Shown piece by piece: positions 1 to 10,554 of a DNA stretch of 64,000 nucleotides; positions within the stretch are counted from its first letter, which is position 1; every line of letters begins with the position of its first letter. The translations under genes and the position numbers were made by a program. The notes below the pieces were generated by a model. That model made no database searches and was not told the DNA's origin. It was given only the letters and a program-made list of their open reading frames with translations. Source of the stretch: Deltaproteobacteria bacterium (lineage in GTDB: Bacteria > Bdellovibrionota_C > UBA2361 > SZUA-149 > JADZAE01); assembly GCA_020852715.1 (NCBI GenBank), contig JADZAE010000034.1:192965-256964 (forward strand). The letters run 5' to 3'.

Positions 1-125
1 TTCAAGGTTTTCCCGGATATCACACATCAGATGCCGCCAATCACTTACACTATCGCAATGAATTTATTAGCAGCAACCCGAATGCCTATTATAGATTCAC
101 TGCGTTCTATGCCCTTTCCTACTGG

Positions 126-1451
126 TTGCAAGCAATATACGCGGAACATTCTTTTTTTGCCTGGCGGGATGCTTTTTATCTTTCCCTATTTGGATGCTAC
201 CTTTGTCTGGCCTTGATGGGCTACGGCATTAGCCGTAAATCTTCGCTGCAGACACAGGACTTGATCAGCTTAATAATAACCTCCGGAGCAACCATCGCCA
301 TATCGCATTGGGTTCTATTACCCATTATCAGCTATAATCAAATTGATGGCTTTTATGCACATTTGTTTTCATTGTTACCCCTAACCATAATCTGGGCAAT
401 TTATAGCTTAGTCGATAGCGTTTACTGGCGATACGCTATTTTCTTACCATTAATCGTTTTTTGTCGCTTTACTTATGGATTAATCTTACCAGATCTTTTT
501 CTTACTCTTGCTATTTTGAGCACTATCGATGTTTCTGTCAGTAGGCACAAAAATTATCGCTTGTTATGGTTTCCGATAATGCTTTATCTAGCTGCCGGCG
601 TTGCTTACAAATTTTTAGCGCCGTCAATGAAAACAGCCGGTGCCGTTCTCAAAACTGATCTTAATCTTCTAAGCGCGGTCTTATTTATTACTTCGCTCAT
701 CGCCCTTAGCCTCGTTGTTTACCTGCGTCCGGCTAATGAAAATATTTTAAATTGGAAGCGCGTAAAAAGAATGATTTTATTTCCTGCCGTTTTCTCTCTA
801 GTCGGAGTAATTGCTTTAAGCATATTACGTTTTCTTGGCTATACTTCGAATTATTATCCATATAAGTATCTTCTGCTCGCTTCTCTGTTAACGGGTATGC
901 TTTTATGCCTCACTATCTACTGTCAAACGATTTACGGCTTGGCGACAGCTTTAAAATCAGAGAAAATATCGCTTGGCTATATTAGTTTGAGCAGCGCAAT
1001 TCATGTCACTATCCTCATTGCTCTTGCCTATCTTTTTACTCCGTTATTTGTTCTCTACCAGGAAAGAACAACGAGGCCTGCTGCCTATCGACATCTTACC
1101 CCGCTAACAGATCTCGAAGGAGAACGAGCGATTAATCAGATACTTAAAGCTACCAACAAAAAATTCGGCGGCTATTTAATAGAGCACTGGCCACGCTATG
1201 CCTATGTTAACGTTTCCTTTGGGCTCCGCCTATTTTATGAAGATTATCAACGAGCAACTTTTTTGCAAAAGGAAGGCTACTGTATATTTTGGGAGCATCC
1301 ACTTAGAAAAAGAAATATGGATTTACATGGTGCCCATAATGCATTAGTTAAGATAAAGAGAATTACCCAAGAGGGACCATACAAAGTTTTTGCCTATACA
1401 AGATCCGAAGGAAGACCGAAGCCAAGAATGATTGCTTATAAATGCTACTAA
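126..1451 (+). CDS. Polytopic integral membrane protein (about 10+ TM segments). Possibly a glycan polymerase/ligase-like or GtrC-like membrane glycosyltransferase.
   Basis: 441 aa ORF, almost entirely hydrophobic helices. It lies next to two GT2 glycosyltransferase genes. No catalytic motif recognised by eye. Confidence 0.45.
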   Translation: MQAIYAEHSFFAWRDAFYLSLFGCYLCLALMGYGISRKSSLQTQDLISLIITSGATIAISHWVLLPIISYNQIDGFYAHLFSLLPLTIIWAIYSLVDSVYWRYAIFLPLIVFCRFTYGLILPDLFLTLAILSTIDVSVSRHKNYRLLWFPIMLYLAAGVAYKFLAPSMKTAGAVLKTDLNLLSAVLFITSLIALSLVVYLRPANENILNWKRVKRMILFPAVFSLVGVIALSILRFLGYTSNYYPYKYLLLASLLTGMLLCLTIYCQTIYGLATALKSEKISLGYISLSSAIHVTILIALAYLFTPLFVLYQERTTRPAAYRHLTPLTDLEGERAINQILKATNKKFGGYLIEHWPRYAYVNVSFGLRLFYEDYQRATFLQKEGYCIFWEHPLRKRNMDLHGAHNALVKIKRITQEGPYKVFAYTRSEGRPKPRMIAYKCY

Positions 1452-1454
1452 AAT

Positions 1455-2267
1455 ATGCCCACTGACGCACAACATACTTTTGCCATTATTGCTTACAAGG
1501 AATCACCCTACCTAGAGACCTGCATTGAGTCACTGAAGGCTCAGACCATTGCCAGCAATCTCATACTTTGCACAGCTACACCTAGCGATTTTCTTACTCA
1601 AGTCGCCAGACGCCACGATATTGCCATGCACGTCAATAACCATCATCAAGGCATTGGCCCGGACTGGGATTTTGCTATCGCTTGCGCTAAAACTAATTTT
1701 GTAACTTTGGCTCATCAAGATGATGTTTACTACCCGCTATATACAGAGACTTGTTTGGCAGCAACAGATGCTAACGGCAATAGTCTTATCACTTTTACTG
1801 ATTACGAGGAAATCGTTGGAACAAAAACGAGAAAATACTCTCTAAATTTAATTATTAAAAAGCTTTTGCTTCATCTGTGGTTTTGCTTGCGACCGGCCTT
1901 ATCTTCTCACTTTGCTCGGAAAAATATGCTAGCACTAGGCTCTCCATTGTGCTGTCCCAGCGTCATGTTTGATCGCCAAGCTCTACAATCATTCAAGTTC
2001 TCTCGAAGTTTAAAAATCAATCTCGATTGGGAGGCTTGGCTAGAATTAGCAACATATCCGGGCAAATTCACTTGGGTGAGAAAAATACTGATGGCCCATC
2101 GCATCCACGAAGAAAGCGAAACATCTCACGGCATCAGAGACCACGTTCGGCAACAGGAAGATATCATTATGTTCAATAAGATCTATCCGGCACAGATCGC
2201 TACAATCATGTCTAGACTCTATTCATTAAGCTGCCGGTCCAATCAAATCAGCCGTAAAACTAAGTAA
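1455..2267 (+). CDS. Family 2 glycosyltransferase
   Basis: N-terminal FAIIAYKESPYLETCIESL pattern typical of GT2 Rossmann-like enzymes. A QDD (DxD-like) motif is present. Start codon is 4 nt after the upstream ORF stop. Confidence 0.7.
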   Translation: MPTDAQHTFAIIAYKESPYLETCIESLKAQTIASNLILCTATPSDFLTQVARRHDIAMHVNNHHQGIGPDWDFAIACAKTNFVTLAHQDDVYYPLYTETCLAATDANGNSLITFTDYEEIVGTKTRKYSLNLIIKKLLLHLWFCLRPALSSHFARKNMLALGSPLCCPSVMFDRQALQSFKFSRSLKINLDWEAWLELATYPGKFTWVRKILMAHRIHEESETSHGIRDHVRQQEDIIMFNKIYPAQIATIMSRLYSLSCRSNQISRKTK

Positions 2268-2313
2268 CCTTTAAGTCATCGCTGGGAATGAAATTCAAAG
2301 CCGATGCGAAGGC

Positions 2314-3285
2314 TTAACGAGAGAACTCCTGCAAAGGATCTCTGGGCACATTAGATACATCATAAGCCACCGCAGCAAGGAGCATCTGAAACCCGAGGAT
2401 AATGGAAAGAGCGGCAATCATAATTGTTCCAGTAGGCATAAAACTATTACTACTTGAACCTAGATACCAATTAATAGCCCCATAAATTACACCAAAAAGA
2501 AATAATGCCCCACCCATGATGATATTTAAGGAGCAGATATTAAAGTCTCTTAGAAAATAATTATAAAATATTCTTTTATAAAAGCGCTCAATATACTTAG
2601 AAGGAAATGAACAAAAAATCTTAAATGGATCAAGGCTACTATTTTCACCATCATAAACAGCAACCATAGGAAACTCACGCACAACAGCTCGCACGGTGTT
2701 CAGTCGAAAAAGCATGTCGCTTTCAAAAAAGTAGCGATCTTCAATCTTATCCAATGGAAGCTGGCGAAGAGCATAGCTATGAATGGCAGTAAAACCATTA
2801 GTCGGATCCATCAAATTCCAATAACCGCTAGCGACTTTACTAACAAAAGAAAGGGCAGAGTTACCAAAAAGACGAACTAACGGCATTTGCTTCAGTGATC
2901 CCAAATTAAAAAATCTGTTGCCCTTAGAATAATCAGCTTGCCCAAAAACAATCGACGCTACCAAATCGGGAATCAGCTTCGGATCCATTTGCCCATCGCC
3001 GTCAAGCTTGACAACGATCTGGGCATTAAGCTCTAAGGCTTTTTGGTAACCTGTCTTCACCGCACCACCTACCCCTTTATTTTTTTGGTGATAAACAACA
3101 TGCACGCGTTGATCCTGGCAATTTTCTTCAACAAACTTACCTGATTTCTCCGGACAGCAATCATCAACAACAATGATCTGGGTAACTTCAGCCCCAATGG
3201 CGGCAATGACTTTTAGAATCGCATCCTTGACGCGATAACAAGGGATAACCACGGCGATAGAATTATTAATTTTACTTTGCTCCAT
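2314..3285 (-). CDS. Polyprenyl-phosphate (bactoprenol) glycosyltransferase, GT2 with C-terminal TM helices (GtrB/ArnC/DPM1-like)
   Basis: VVIPCYRVKDAI...VVDDCCPEKSG...HQKNKGVGGAVKTGY...KLDGDGQMD motifs. Two C-terminal TM helices. Architecture matches the GtrB/ArnC family. Confidence 0.7.
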   Translation of the reverse strand: MEQSKINNSIAVVIPCYRVKDAILKVIAAIGAEVTQIIVVDDCCPEKSGKFVEENCQDQRVHVVYHQKNKGVGGAVKTGYQKALELNAQIVVKLDGDGQMDPKLIPDLVASIVFGQADYSKGNRFFNLGSLKQMPLVRLFGNSALSFVSKVASGYWNLMDPTNGFTAIHSYALRQLPLDKIEDRYFFESDMLFRLNTVRAVVREFPMVAVYDGENSSLDPFKIFCSFPSKYIERFYKRIFYNYFLRDFNICSLNIIMGGALFLFGVIYGAINWYLGSSSNSFMPTGTIMIAALSIILGFQMLLAAVAYDVSNVPRDPLQEFSR

Positions 3286-3331
3286 ATTTCCTCACGCACT
3301 ACCTAGGTATCTCGTATTAACCAAAGATAAT

Positions 3332-6300
3332 TTGCAATTGGGGCTAATACATGGAATGATGCCCATTCGCAAATTTGCCAGTGATTTACTAGGATTTACG
3401 ATGCGTGTTTATCAAGGGACATGGGATAGTAACGGACGATTTTTATTTTGGGGAGAAGAAGCTGCGACTTTTAACGACATCATAGCCAATGCTCATAGTG
3501 GCGAATATGATTCGGAAAATATTCTAGGCCATCCTTATTCTTGCTCCATAGAACAGATCACTCAAGATTTAGATAGCTTGGAATTTTCTGCTGACGCCTA
3601 TGGCACAATAAATGTTCTACTTCCTTCCGATAGTCTGGGCCCCTGCTCCTCTCCTCTTTTAGTCCCTGGACACGAGATACAAAGAGAAGGTCAACCTTTT
3701 GCCAAGCCTTGGAATATTCCTGTCGCTATTTTTGAACCATTTGCAGCCGCCTGTTTCCTCACTAGCCTTCCCTCTGAAGAGCCGGTCGGCACACGATTTG
3801 CCCCGTCAATTAAATATTGGCTAGAGGCAACAAAATTTATCTTGGAGCTTCTTTGTCGCGGTCGTTTCATCCCTAACTTAACTTGCACTTGCAATTTCGC
3901 TTATTCTTCTTGGCAACTAGTGCCCAATTTACCAGAGGACCTTGATAAGATAAAAATTCTCTGTCGGGCAATGCCGCAAATTTGCCGCGCTTGTAACCCC
4001 AAAGGCAATAATGAATTCAATCCTGCTGAGCCTTTATTAGATTCTTTTATTGCCACGGTTGGCGATTCGTTAATCAGAATTTTCTTAAAAAATCATCCAT
4101 TGCTTCTGACAGAAGGAATCTCGCCGTTAGCCTCAGATAAACACGCTTTAGCAAAAAAATGGCTGCGATCGCTAACAGCTACTTCCGGCATTATCGACGG
4201 TGATAGCCACGAGCTAACACCATTAGCGGAACGCTTAAAACTCTGGAGCAGTAGAATATTGTCAGGAGTTAAAAGATCTGAACTTCATTTGGGATTTTGT
4301 TTAATTAGCGAAGACGATGAAAATGAAAGTATCGGCACCCATCAGTGGAAAATTACATTTTTTCTTTATCTGGATGACGATATTAGTCAGCGTCTCTATC
4401 CCTATCAAATCTGGAACGGTGAAACGTCTTTTCTAAAAAACAGTGAATATACACCGGAACAAGTGGGAGAAATATTTCTTAAAGAATTAGGGCGCGCCTC
4501 GGTTATTATTCCACAGCTCAAAGCTACCCTATTTGAAAGCCACCCGACACAGATCACAATCCGCACAGAACAAGCCTACGAATTTTTAAAATATAAAGTG
4601 GCAATACTTGAGCAGGCCGGATTTGGAGTTATTGTCCCCGATTGGTGGAAGCAGCCTAAAATAAATTTTGGTCTCAAGTTATCTGTTGATCCGGCAACAG
4701 AGGAACAGGAATCCTCAAAAAGCTTCCGGCAAATTGGGATCAATCAGTTATTATCCTGCTCTTGGGAGTTCGTAATCGGCAACCACAGCTATTCATTAAC
4801 GCAGTTTAAGGACCTAATTCAAAAATATCCCGGTCTATTAAAAGTAGATAATGATTGGATTGAACTTAATCCGGAAAAACTTGCTGCCACTTTTGCTTTC
4901 TTAGAAGCACCGGAAAAATCCAGCAAAATGACCATACTGGACGCCCTGCGTTTTGGCTATGGCATAGATAACGATTTAGCGATGCTGCCGATTGCCGAAT
5001 TGGTCGCCAACGGTTGGGTTAAACAGCTAATTGCTTCTGCTGGGCAAGAGATCCCTAAACTGCCACGACCGGAAGGTTTTCAGGGAGAGCTAAGGCATTA
5101 CCAAGAAGAAGGGTTATCATGGATGTATTTTCTTGCCAATCTTGGTGTGGGCTATTGTCTGGCCGATGACATGGGATTAGGAAAAACTATTCAGTTTATC
5201 TCCTTGCTCCTGCAGGAAAAGCAAGCCGTGAATAGCTCCTCTGACGAACAAAATGCTCCTATCAATCTGCTTATTGTCCCCATGTCCATTTTAGAAAATT
5301 GGCAGAGAGAACTACAACATTTCGCTCCCTCGGTTAATTCTTACCTGCACCACGGCATGGGACGACTCACTGGTCATGATTTTCTCCAACGCTGCGCTCA
5401 TACAGATTTAGTGATCACAACCTACAACATTGCTTATCGTGATTTAGATTTATTATCGCAAGTAACATGGGTGCGCATTGCCTTAGATGAAGCTCAAAAT
5501 ATCAAGAACTTAACAACCAAACAAACACAGGCCATCAGAAAGTTAATTCAACAGCAGCTTGCTGACGCTAATCGTTCAACTGTTTGTCAGCGCGTCGCTC
5601 TTACCGGAACACCATTAGAAAATCATTTGGACGAACTTTGGTCGATTATGGATTTTTTAAATCCAGGTTATTTAGGCACTATCCGGAACTTTCGCAGCAA
5701 TTATTCTATTCCGATCGAAAGGTATCGTAGCAAAGAAACAGCCGGGGCCTTATCTAGAGTTGTCCGCCCTTTTATTTTGCGCCGCTTAAAAAGCGACCCC
5801 AACATTATCTCTGATTTGCCGGAAAAACTAGAAATGGTCGAAAATATCCATTTAACGGAGGAGCAGCTGGACCTGTATCAGCGCACCTTTGAAAATATGT
5901 TGCCAAAAATAGAAACAGCTGACGGTATCCACCGCAAGGGACTGGTCCTCACTACGATCGTGCGTCTCAAGCAGATCTGTAATCACCCCAACCTTATTCG
6001 TGGATATGAGGGGTTAATCGCCAACCGTTCCGGTAAATTAAATCGCTTAGTAGAACTCCTAGAAACCATTCTAGACACAGAAGATAAAGTTTTAATTTTC
6101 ACTCAATTTGCCCAAATGGGAACGATATTAAAAAGCTATCTCCAGGAAAGATTCTCGCAGGACGTTCTTTTTCTCCACGGAGCACTGAGTAGGACAGCGC
6201 GCGCCAGCATGGTTGATCGCTTCCAACAAAAAGATGGACCAAAAGTATTTATACTTTCGCTTAAAGCAGGTGGCTTCGGATTAAATCTCACTGAAGCTAA

Positions 6301-6580
6301 TCAAGTAATTCACTATGATCAATGGTGGAATCCTGCCGTAGAAAACCAAGCAACGGACCGTGCTTTCCGCATCGGACAGAAACGAAATGTGCAGGTGCGA
6401 AAATTCATTTGTCGCGGTACATTAGAGGAAAAGATAGCAGCCATGCTCGGAGAGAAGCAAGCCTTAGCAGATAACATTGTTAGTTCGACGCGCAGTGAGC
6501 TAATCAGACTTTCTTCTGAGGAGTTAAAAAATTTATTAAAACTTTCGCATCATTCATTAATAACCGAAGATGAAGAGTAA
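3332..6580 (+). CDS. SNF2/RapA-family ATP-dependent helicase with a large N-terminal bacterial SNF2-associated region
   Basis: Helicase motifs LADDMGLGKT (I), DEAQNIKN (II), LTGTPLENHLDELWSIMDF (III) and C-terminal FILSLKAGGFGLNLTEANQVIHYDQWWNP...QATDRAFRIGQ (V/VI). About 560 aa N-terminal extension with clustered Cys (CTC...CRAC). Confidence 0.85.
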   Translation: MQLGLIHGMMPIRKFASDLLGFTMRVYQGTWDSNGRFLFWGEEAATFNDIIANAHSGEYDSENILGHPYSCSIEQITQDLDSLEFSADAYGTINVLLPSDSLGPCSSPLLVPGHEIQREGQPFAKPWNIPVAIFEPFAAACFLTSLPSEEPVGTRFAPSIKYWLEATKFILELLCRGRFIPNLTCTCNFAYSSWQLVPNLPEDLDKIKILCRAMPQICRACNPKGNNEFNPAEPLLDSFIATVGDSLIRIFLKNHPLLLTEGISPLASDKHALAKKWLRSLTATSGIIDGDSHELTPLAERLKLWSSRILSGVKRSELHLGFCLISEDDENESIGTHQWKITFFLYLDDDISQRLYPYQIWNGETSFLKNSEYTPEQVGEIFLKELGRASVIIPQLKATLFESHPTQITIRTEQAYEFLKYKVAILEQAGFGVIVPDWWKQPKINFGLKLSVDPATEEQESSKSFRQIGINQLLSCSWEFVIGNHSYSLTQFKDLIQKYPGLLKVDNDWIELNPEKLAATFAFLEAPEKSSKMTILDALRFGYGIDNDLAMLPIAELVANGWVKQLIASAGQEIPKLPRPEGFQGELRHYQEEGLSWMYFLANLGVGYCLADDMGLGKTIQFISLLLQEKQAVNSSSDEQNAPINLLIVPMSILENWQRELQHFAPSVNSYLHHGMGRLTGHDFLQRCAHTDLVITTYNIAYRDLDLLSQVTWVRIALDEAQNIKNLTTKQTQAIRKLIQQQLADANRSTVCQRVALTGTPLENHLDELWSIMDFLNPGYLGTIRNFRSNYSIPIERYRSKETAGALSRVVRPFILRRLKSDPNIISDLPEKLEMVENIHLTEEQLDLYQRTFENMLPKIETADGIHRKGLVLTTIVRLKQICNHPNLIRGYEGLIANRSGKLNRLVELLETILDTEDKVLIFTQFAQMGTILKSYLQERFSQDVLFLHGALSRTARASMVDRFQQKDGPKVFILSLKAGGFGLNLTEANQVIHYDQWWNPAVENQATDRAFRIGQKRNVQVRKFICRGTLEEKIAAMLGEKQALADNIVSSTRSELIRLSSEELKNLLKLSHHSLITEDEE

Positions 6581-6582
6581 AC

Positions 6583-7428
6583 ATGAGCAGCGAAAACCAA
6601 AATTCAACGACAGCTAGCAACGCGGAACCTAAACCCGGACATCTATGGTATGTAGATGAATTTTTATTTTTAGCATACGGCCAGGAAGAAAATGCTCTAG
6701 CGGATAAGTCACTGGAGACCACACAGCGCTTCCGGCTGTTGGATTTTATTGTCTCCCCTGGCCATATTTGCGCAAAGATTCTGGAAAATAACAATAATAT
6801 ACATAAGGTTGAGATAGTAATTGCTGAATTTGATGAACAAGTTTGGCAAGACTTTTTCTTGCGCGCCGCCAAACATGCTTACGTCCTAGCAAAAATGCTT
6901 AGCGGAGATCTTTGCCCGGAGGTTAAAGGTATTTTTAGTGAAATGGATCTAAACCTGATTCCAATCAAGCAAGAACATATTCATTTTTTCTTAAATAATC
7001 AGCCAACTAACGCAGAGGACCCTTACATTTCAGCGTTAATTCAACGTTTCGTCAACCGCATGACCGAAGATCACTTTTCAATTTTCCTCTTGAGAGGCTG
7101 CGGGCACGAAGAGCTATTAGCGAAACTACGTAGCACCAGAAGACAACTTAAGCCAAACATTCAAGCAGAAGCAGCCATAATCAATAAGCTGGGGGCAACG
7201 ATAAATTCTGAGCCCTTACATCTGATAGCATTTAATAATTTTTGGTCAGCGGGGGAAGAATTAGAGAACTTAACTTTTTCAATAAAAGCCGATGAACTAC
7301 CCGCGGCCATTCTCAAATGGCTGGATCCTCTGCCGCTGGGTGGCTATGAAGAGCAGATAGAAAGGCAACTAGAAGAAAATTACGCTCAAGTTGCTACGAG
7401 GGCCCATGCTTTCGGCCTCGGGCTCTAA
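6583..7428 (+). CDS. Hypothetical protein translationally coupled to the SNF2 helicase
   Basis: ATG is 3 nt after the helicase stop (TAAACATGAGC). 281 aa with no recognisable motif. Confidence 0.5.
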   Translation: MSSENQNSTTASNAEPKPGHLWYVDEFLFLAYGQEENALADKSLETTQRFRLLDFIVSPGHICAKILENNNNIHKVEIVIAEFDEQVWQDFFLRAAKHAYVLAKMLSGDLCPEVKGIFSEMDLNLIPIKQEHIHFFLNNQPTNAEDPYISALIQRFVNRMTEDHFSIFLLRGCGHEELLAKLRSTRRQLKPNIQAEAAIINKLGATINSEPLHLIAFNNFWSAGEELENLTFSIKADELPAAILKWLDPLPLGGYEEQIERQLEENYAQVATRAHAFGLGL

Positions 7429-7454
7429 TTATACCGCACGCAAAAAGTAAGTTT

Positions 7455-7545
7455 GAAGCAAAGACCTGGAACGGTGCTTTCTGGGCAACACTATCCTTGT
7501 TGTGTACGGTATCAATAAGAACGCAGGAAGCGATTCACGCTGAGT
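7455..7545. repeat. Partial copy of the dispersed IS50-like repeat family (variant end plus subterminal segment)
   Basis: Contains cttgttgtgtacggtatcaataagaacgcag (variant of the reverse-orientation terminal repeat). tgaagcaaagacctggaacggt is the reverse complement of the segment near 33955. A gctgagttttat motif lies at about 7533. Confidence 0.4.
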
Positions 7546-7546
7546 T

Positions 7547-8557
7547 TTATTTAAACCGCGCCAGGAAACGCTTCCATTCGGCTTCGCTTGCAAAAATGAT
7601 ATGTAATCTCTTACGACCTTGATCATCGACCTGCAATTTGGCTCCTTCCAAATCAAGAATGCCTTTGATTTTCGACTCTAAGCGCACTAACTGCTCACGC
7701 AATTTCTTTTCATCATCGCTCAGCTCTTTTTTCTCTTGCTGTGCATATTCCAAAATAAGTTCCAAGTTACGCACGGATAACCCCGCGCTGACAGCCTTAT
7801 TCGCTAAACGCAGCTGTATTTTCTGATCATCTACCCCCAACAAAACTTTACCGTGGCCGGCGGTTAAATCCCCTTTTTCTATCATGACCACAATGTTGGG
7901 GTGAAGATTGAGAAGCCGCATACTGTTTGTTATAACAGCTCGACTTTTCCCTACTAATTCTGCCACATCTTTCTGCGTCAAAGAAAATGCTGCGATTAAA
8001 TTACTATATGCCCGCGCTTCTTCGATGGGATTTAAATTCTCTCTTTGTAAATTTTCAACCAGGGCTAACTGTGCAGCCTCGCTATCATCGCATTCAAGAA
8101 CCTGCGCAGGTATTTCGCGACAGCCGGCTAACTGTGCGGCACGCAGCCTACGCTCGCCGGCAATTAGTTCAAATCTATCGCTGTCTTTGGGTCTAATTAG
8201 AATTGGTTGCAACACGCCTTTTGCTTGAATAGAGGCAGCCAAAGCTTTAATTTCTTCCTCAGAAAAATGCTGGCGTGTTTGAAAAGGACTACTCTGTATT
8301 TTATCAACAGAGACGAGAGAGACGAAATCCATCGCTGCGACATTGCTTGGTTGCTGAGGAAAAGGTAAAATTTTCTGCTCCCCCGCCAATTTGTCTTCTT
8401 GTGGAGATAACACCGCTGTTGAGTCTTTTATCTCCACAGCAGTTTGATTCTTAGCCCAGCTGGGCTCTAAAATATTAGCGATCGCCCTACTAAAGTGGGC
8501 GCTGCGCGATCTTTCGATTACGGAGGTTGATTTGTTGGAATTGTTATTTTGCATCAT
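7547..8557 (-). CDS. parB: ParB/Spo0J chromosome partitioning protein
   Basis: ParB box ELIAGERRLRAAQLAG, an HTH (LTQKDVAELVGKSRAVITNSMRLL), GHGKVLL and a C-terminal dimerisation region. No adjacent parA. Confidence 0.8.
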   Translation of the reverse strand: MMQNNNSNKSTSVIERSRSAHFSRAIANILEPSWAKNQTAVEIKDSTAVLSPQEDKLAGEQKILPFPQQPSNVAAMDFVSLVSVDKIQSSPFQTRQHFSEEEIKALAASIQAKGVLQPILIRPKDSDRFELIAGERRLRAAQLAGCREIPAQVLECDDSEAAQLALVENLQRENLNPIEEARAYSNLIAAFSLTQKDVAELVGKSRAVITNSMRLLNLHPNIVVMIEKGDLTAGHGKVLLGVDDQKIQLRLANKAVSAGLSVRNLELILEYAQQEKKELSDDEKKLREQLVRLESKIKGILDLEGAKLQVDDQGRKRLHIIFASEAEWKRFLARFK

Positions 8558-8648
8558 ATTCTTACTGCTAGATTCTAATTTGCCTTCTATCTAATAATTC
8601 TAGCTTACTTTTGCAAATCTGAAATCCTCACTATCCATATGTATTGAT

Positions 8649-9812
8649 CTAAGCGATAAATTCTTCATTTTCGATATGATATCGTCGCGGCACTCTTTTA
8701 TGCGTGCAAACTAATACTTCATACGTATTGGTTTCAAGTAAGTTAGCGATTTCACTGACCGTTATTTTCTCACCGCTCTGTTGCCCTATTAAAACGACCT
8801 CATCGCCATTGTAAGCTTCATCTTGACCAATATTAATCATTAGCTGATCCATGCAAATCCTACCGACTATCGGATATCTCCGACCTCTAATGAGCGCTGA
8901 CCCTTTGTTAGTTAACCCTCTAAAATACCCATCTCCATAGCCAATCGGCACGGTTACTATCCTGGTATCTTCAGGGGCCGTCCAAGTTAAATCGTAACTT
9001 ACAGCCGCGCCTTTTTTCACGACTTTAAAATATACTACTTTCGAAGAAAGCTTCATAACCGGCCGCAAATCAACCGCTTTCGTCGCCACCCCATTTGGAT
9101 ATATCCCATAAAGAGCAATACCTGCGCGCACCGCATCCAAGCGGCTTTCCGGATAAAGAATCCCTCCAGCCGAGGCTGCTATGTGGCGCATGATTTTCCG
9201 CTGATAACAATCTTCCAATATGCTTACACAATCAAGAAAACGCTTAAGCTGTTCAGTGGTAAACTCAGGATAAAGACCGGGCGCAGCAAAATGCGAATAA
9301 ATGCCCACAACCTGACAACGTTTATACTTTTTAAGATTTTTAATTGTTTCACGAAAAGAATAATGATGTACGCCTATTCTCTCCATCCCCGTATCTACTT
9401 TTAAGTGTACTCGAGCAATCTTGCCGCTTTTCTCAGCTTCCTCATTTATTGCATCCAGCTTAAATAAAGAGGAAGCCGTGATATCCAAAGCATAATCCAA
9501 ATATAGTTTGATCTGACCACCGGATAATCCACCAAGCACCAAGATAGGAGCGCGAATTCCTGCTTCCCGCAGCTCAATGCCTTCTTCCACTAAACCAACA
9601 GCAAAAGCGCAGGCTCCCCACATCTCGAGATATTTGCTACAAGTAACAATTCCATGGCCATAGGCATTGGCTTTAACCACCGGGATTAATTGCGCGGGAG
9701 AAAACAGACTACTTAATATCTGATAGTTATGTTTCAGTGCTTCCAAGTCAACGTCAATCACCGTTGGTCTTAATAACGTTGGATCAATGTATTTTTTTTT
9801 AAACTTTGCCAT
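8649..9812 (-). CDS. alr: Alanine racemase
   Basis: PLP-lysine motif VVKANAYGHG near the N-terminus. Length 387 aa. Confidence 0.85.
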   Translation of the reverse strand: MAKFKKKYIDPTLLRPTVIDVDLEALKHNYQILSSLFSPAQLIPVVKANAYGHGIVTCSKYLEMWGACAFAVGLVEEGIELREAGIRAPILVLGGLSGGQIKLYLDYALDITASSLFKLDAINEEAEKSGKIARVHLKVDTGMERIGVHHYSFRETIKNLKKYKRCQVVGIYSHFAAPGLYPEFTTEQLKRFLDCVSILEDCYQRKIMRHIAASAGGILYPESRLDAVRAGIALYGIYPNGVATKAVDLRPVMKLSSKVVYFKVVKKGAAVSYDLTWTAPEDTRIVTVPIGYGDGYFRGLTNKGSALIRGRRYPIVGRICMDQLMINIGQDEAYNGDEVVLIGQQSGEKITVSEIANLLETNTYEVLVCTHKRVPRRYHIENEEFIA

Positions 9813-9972
9813 GACCGTAAAAAAATATTCTGGTAATTATGAATTTATGCTATCAACCAGAATGAAATGCTTAATCATAAAGACAAGAGCCGGCAATTCC
9901 TGAAGCAAAGAAACGCCAACCGTTATGCCTTCAGAAGAAATTTGTCATTCTAGCCAATAATTAAAGGAAACG

Positions 9973-10554
9973 ATGGAAAAGATTTTACACAAGTGGGAAA
10001 GATTGGAAACAAAAAAACTGCTTCAAGCCCGTGTTTTTGATCTTATGGTTTCTAAAGTCAAGCATCCTATCAGCGGGTATATAGACGACTATTATACAAT
10101 CCGCGCTAATGACTGGGTTAATGTTATTCCGATCACCCCAAGCGGCGAGATAGTTATGGTTAAGCAGTATCGCCACGGCATCGAGGAGTTTTCGCTAGAG
10201 CTGCCCGGAGGAATGCTTGATGACCATGAAAATGATCCAATTGAGGCGGCAAAGAGAGAATTACTCGAAGAAACCGGCTATGATAGCAGCGATATTTCTT
10301 ACTTGGGGAAAATCAGTCCCAATCCCGCAGTCCAAAATAACTACTGTCATTTTTTTGTGGCGAAAGAAGCAAGGCTTGTCTCGGAACAAAAACTCGATGC
10401 CGGTGAAGATATCGAAGTTCTCGTTGTGCCTTTTGCCAAAATTATCGAAATGTTGATTCATGGCGAAATTGTCCACGCCCTGATGATCTGTGCTTTTTTA
10501 AAATTTTTACTGACCAAGGTCGACACCAGTGCATTGGGTGCAATGAATTTATAG
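9973..10554 (+). CDS. NUDIX hydrolase (ADP-ribose pyrophosphatase-like)
   Basis: Nudix box GGMLDDHENDPIEAAKRELLEETGY (Gx5Ex7REUxEExGU). Confidence 0.8.
   Translation: MEKILHKWERLETKKLLQARVFDLMVSKVKHPISGYIDDYYTIRANDWVNVIPITPSGEIVMVKQYRHGIEEFSLELPGGMLDDHENDPIEAAKRELLEETGYDSSDISYLGKISPNPAVQNNYCHFFVAKEARLVSEQKLDAGEDIEVLVVPFAKIIEMLIHGEIVHALMICAFLKFLLTKVDTSALGAMNL

Noticed and set aside
7547-8557. ParB-like protein as a possible defence-island or plasmid marker
   Set aside because: Sequence has all canonical chromosomal Spo0J features (ParB box, HTH, C-terminal dimerisation) and sits among housekeeping genes. Absence of an adjacent parA is common in some phyla.
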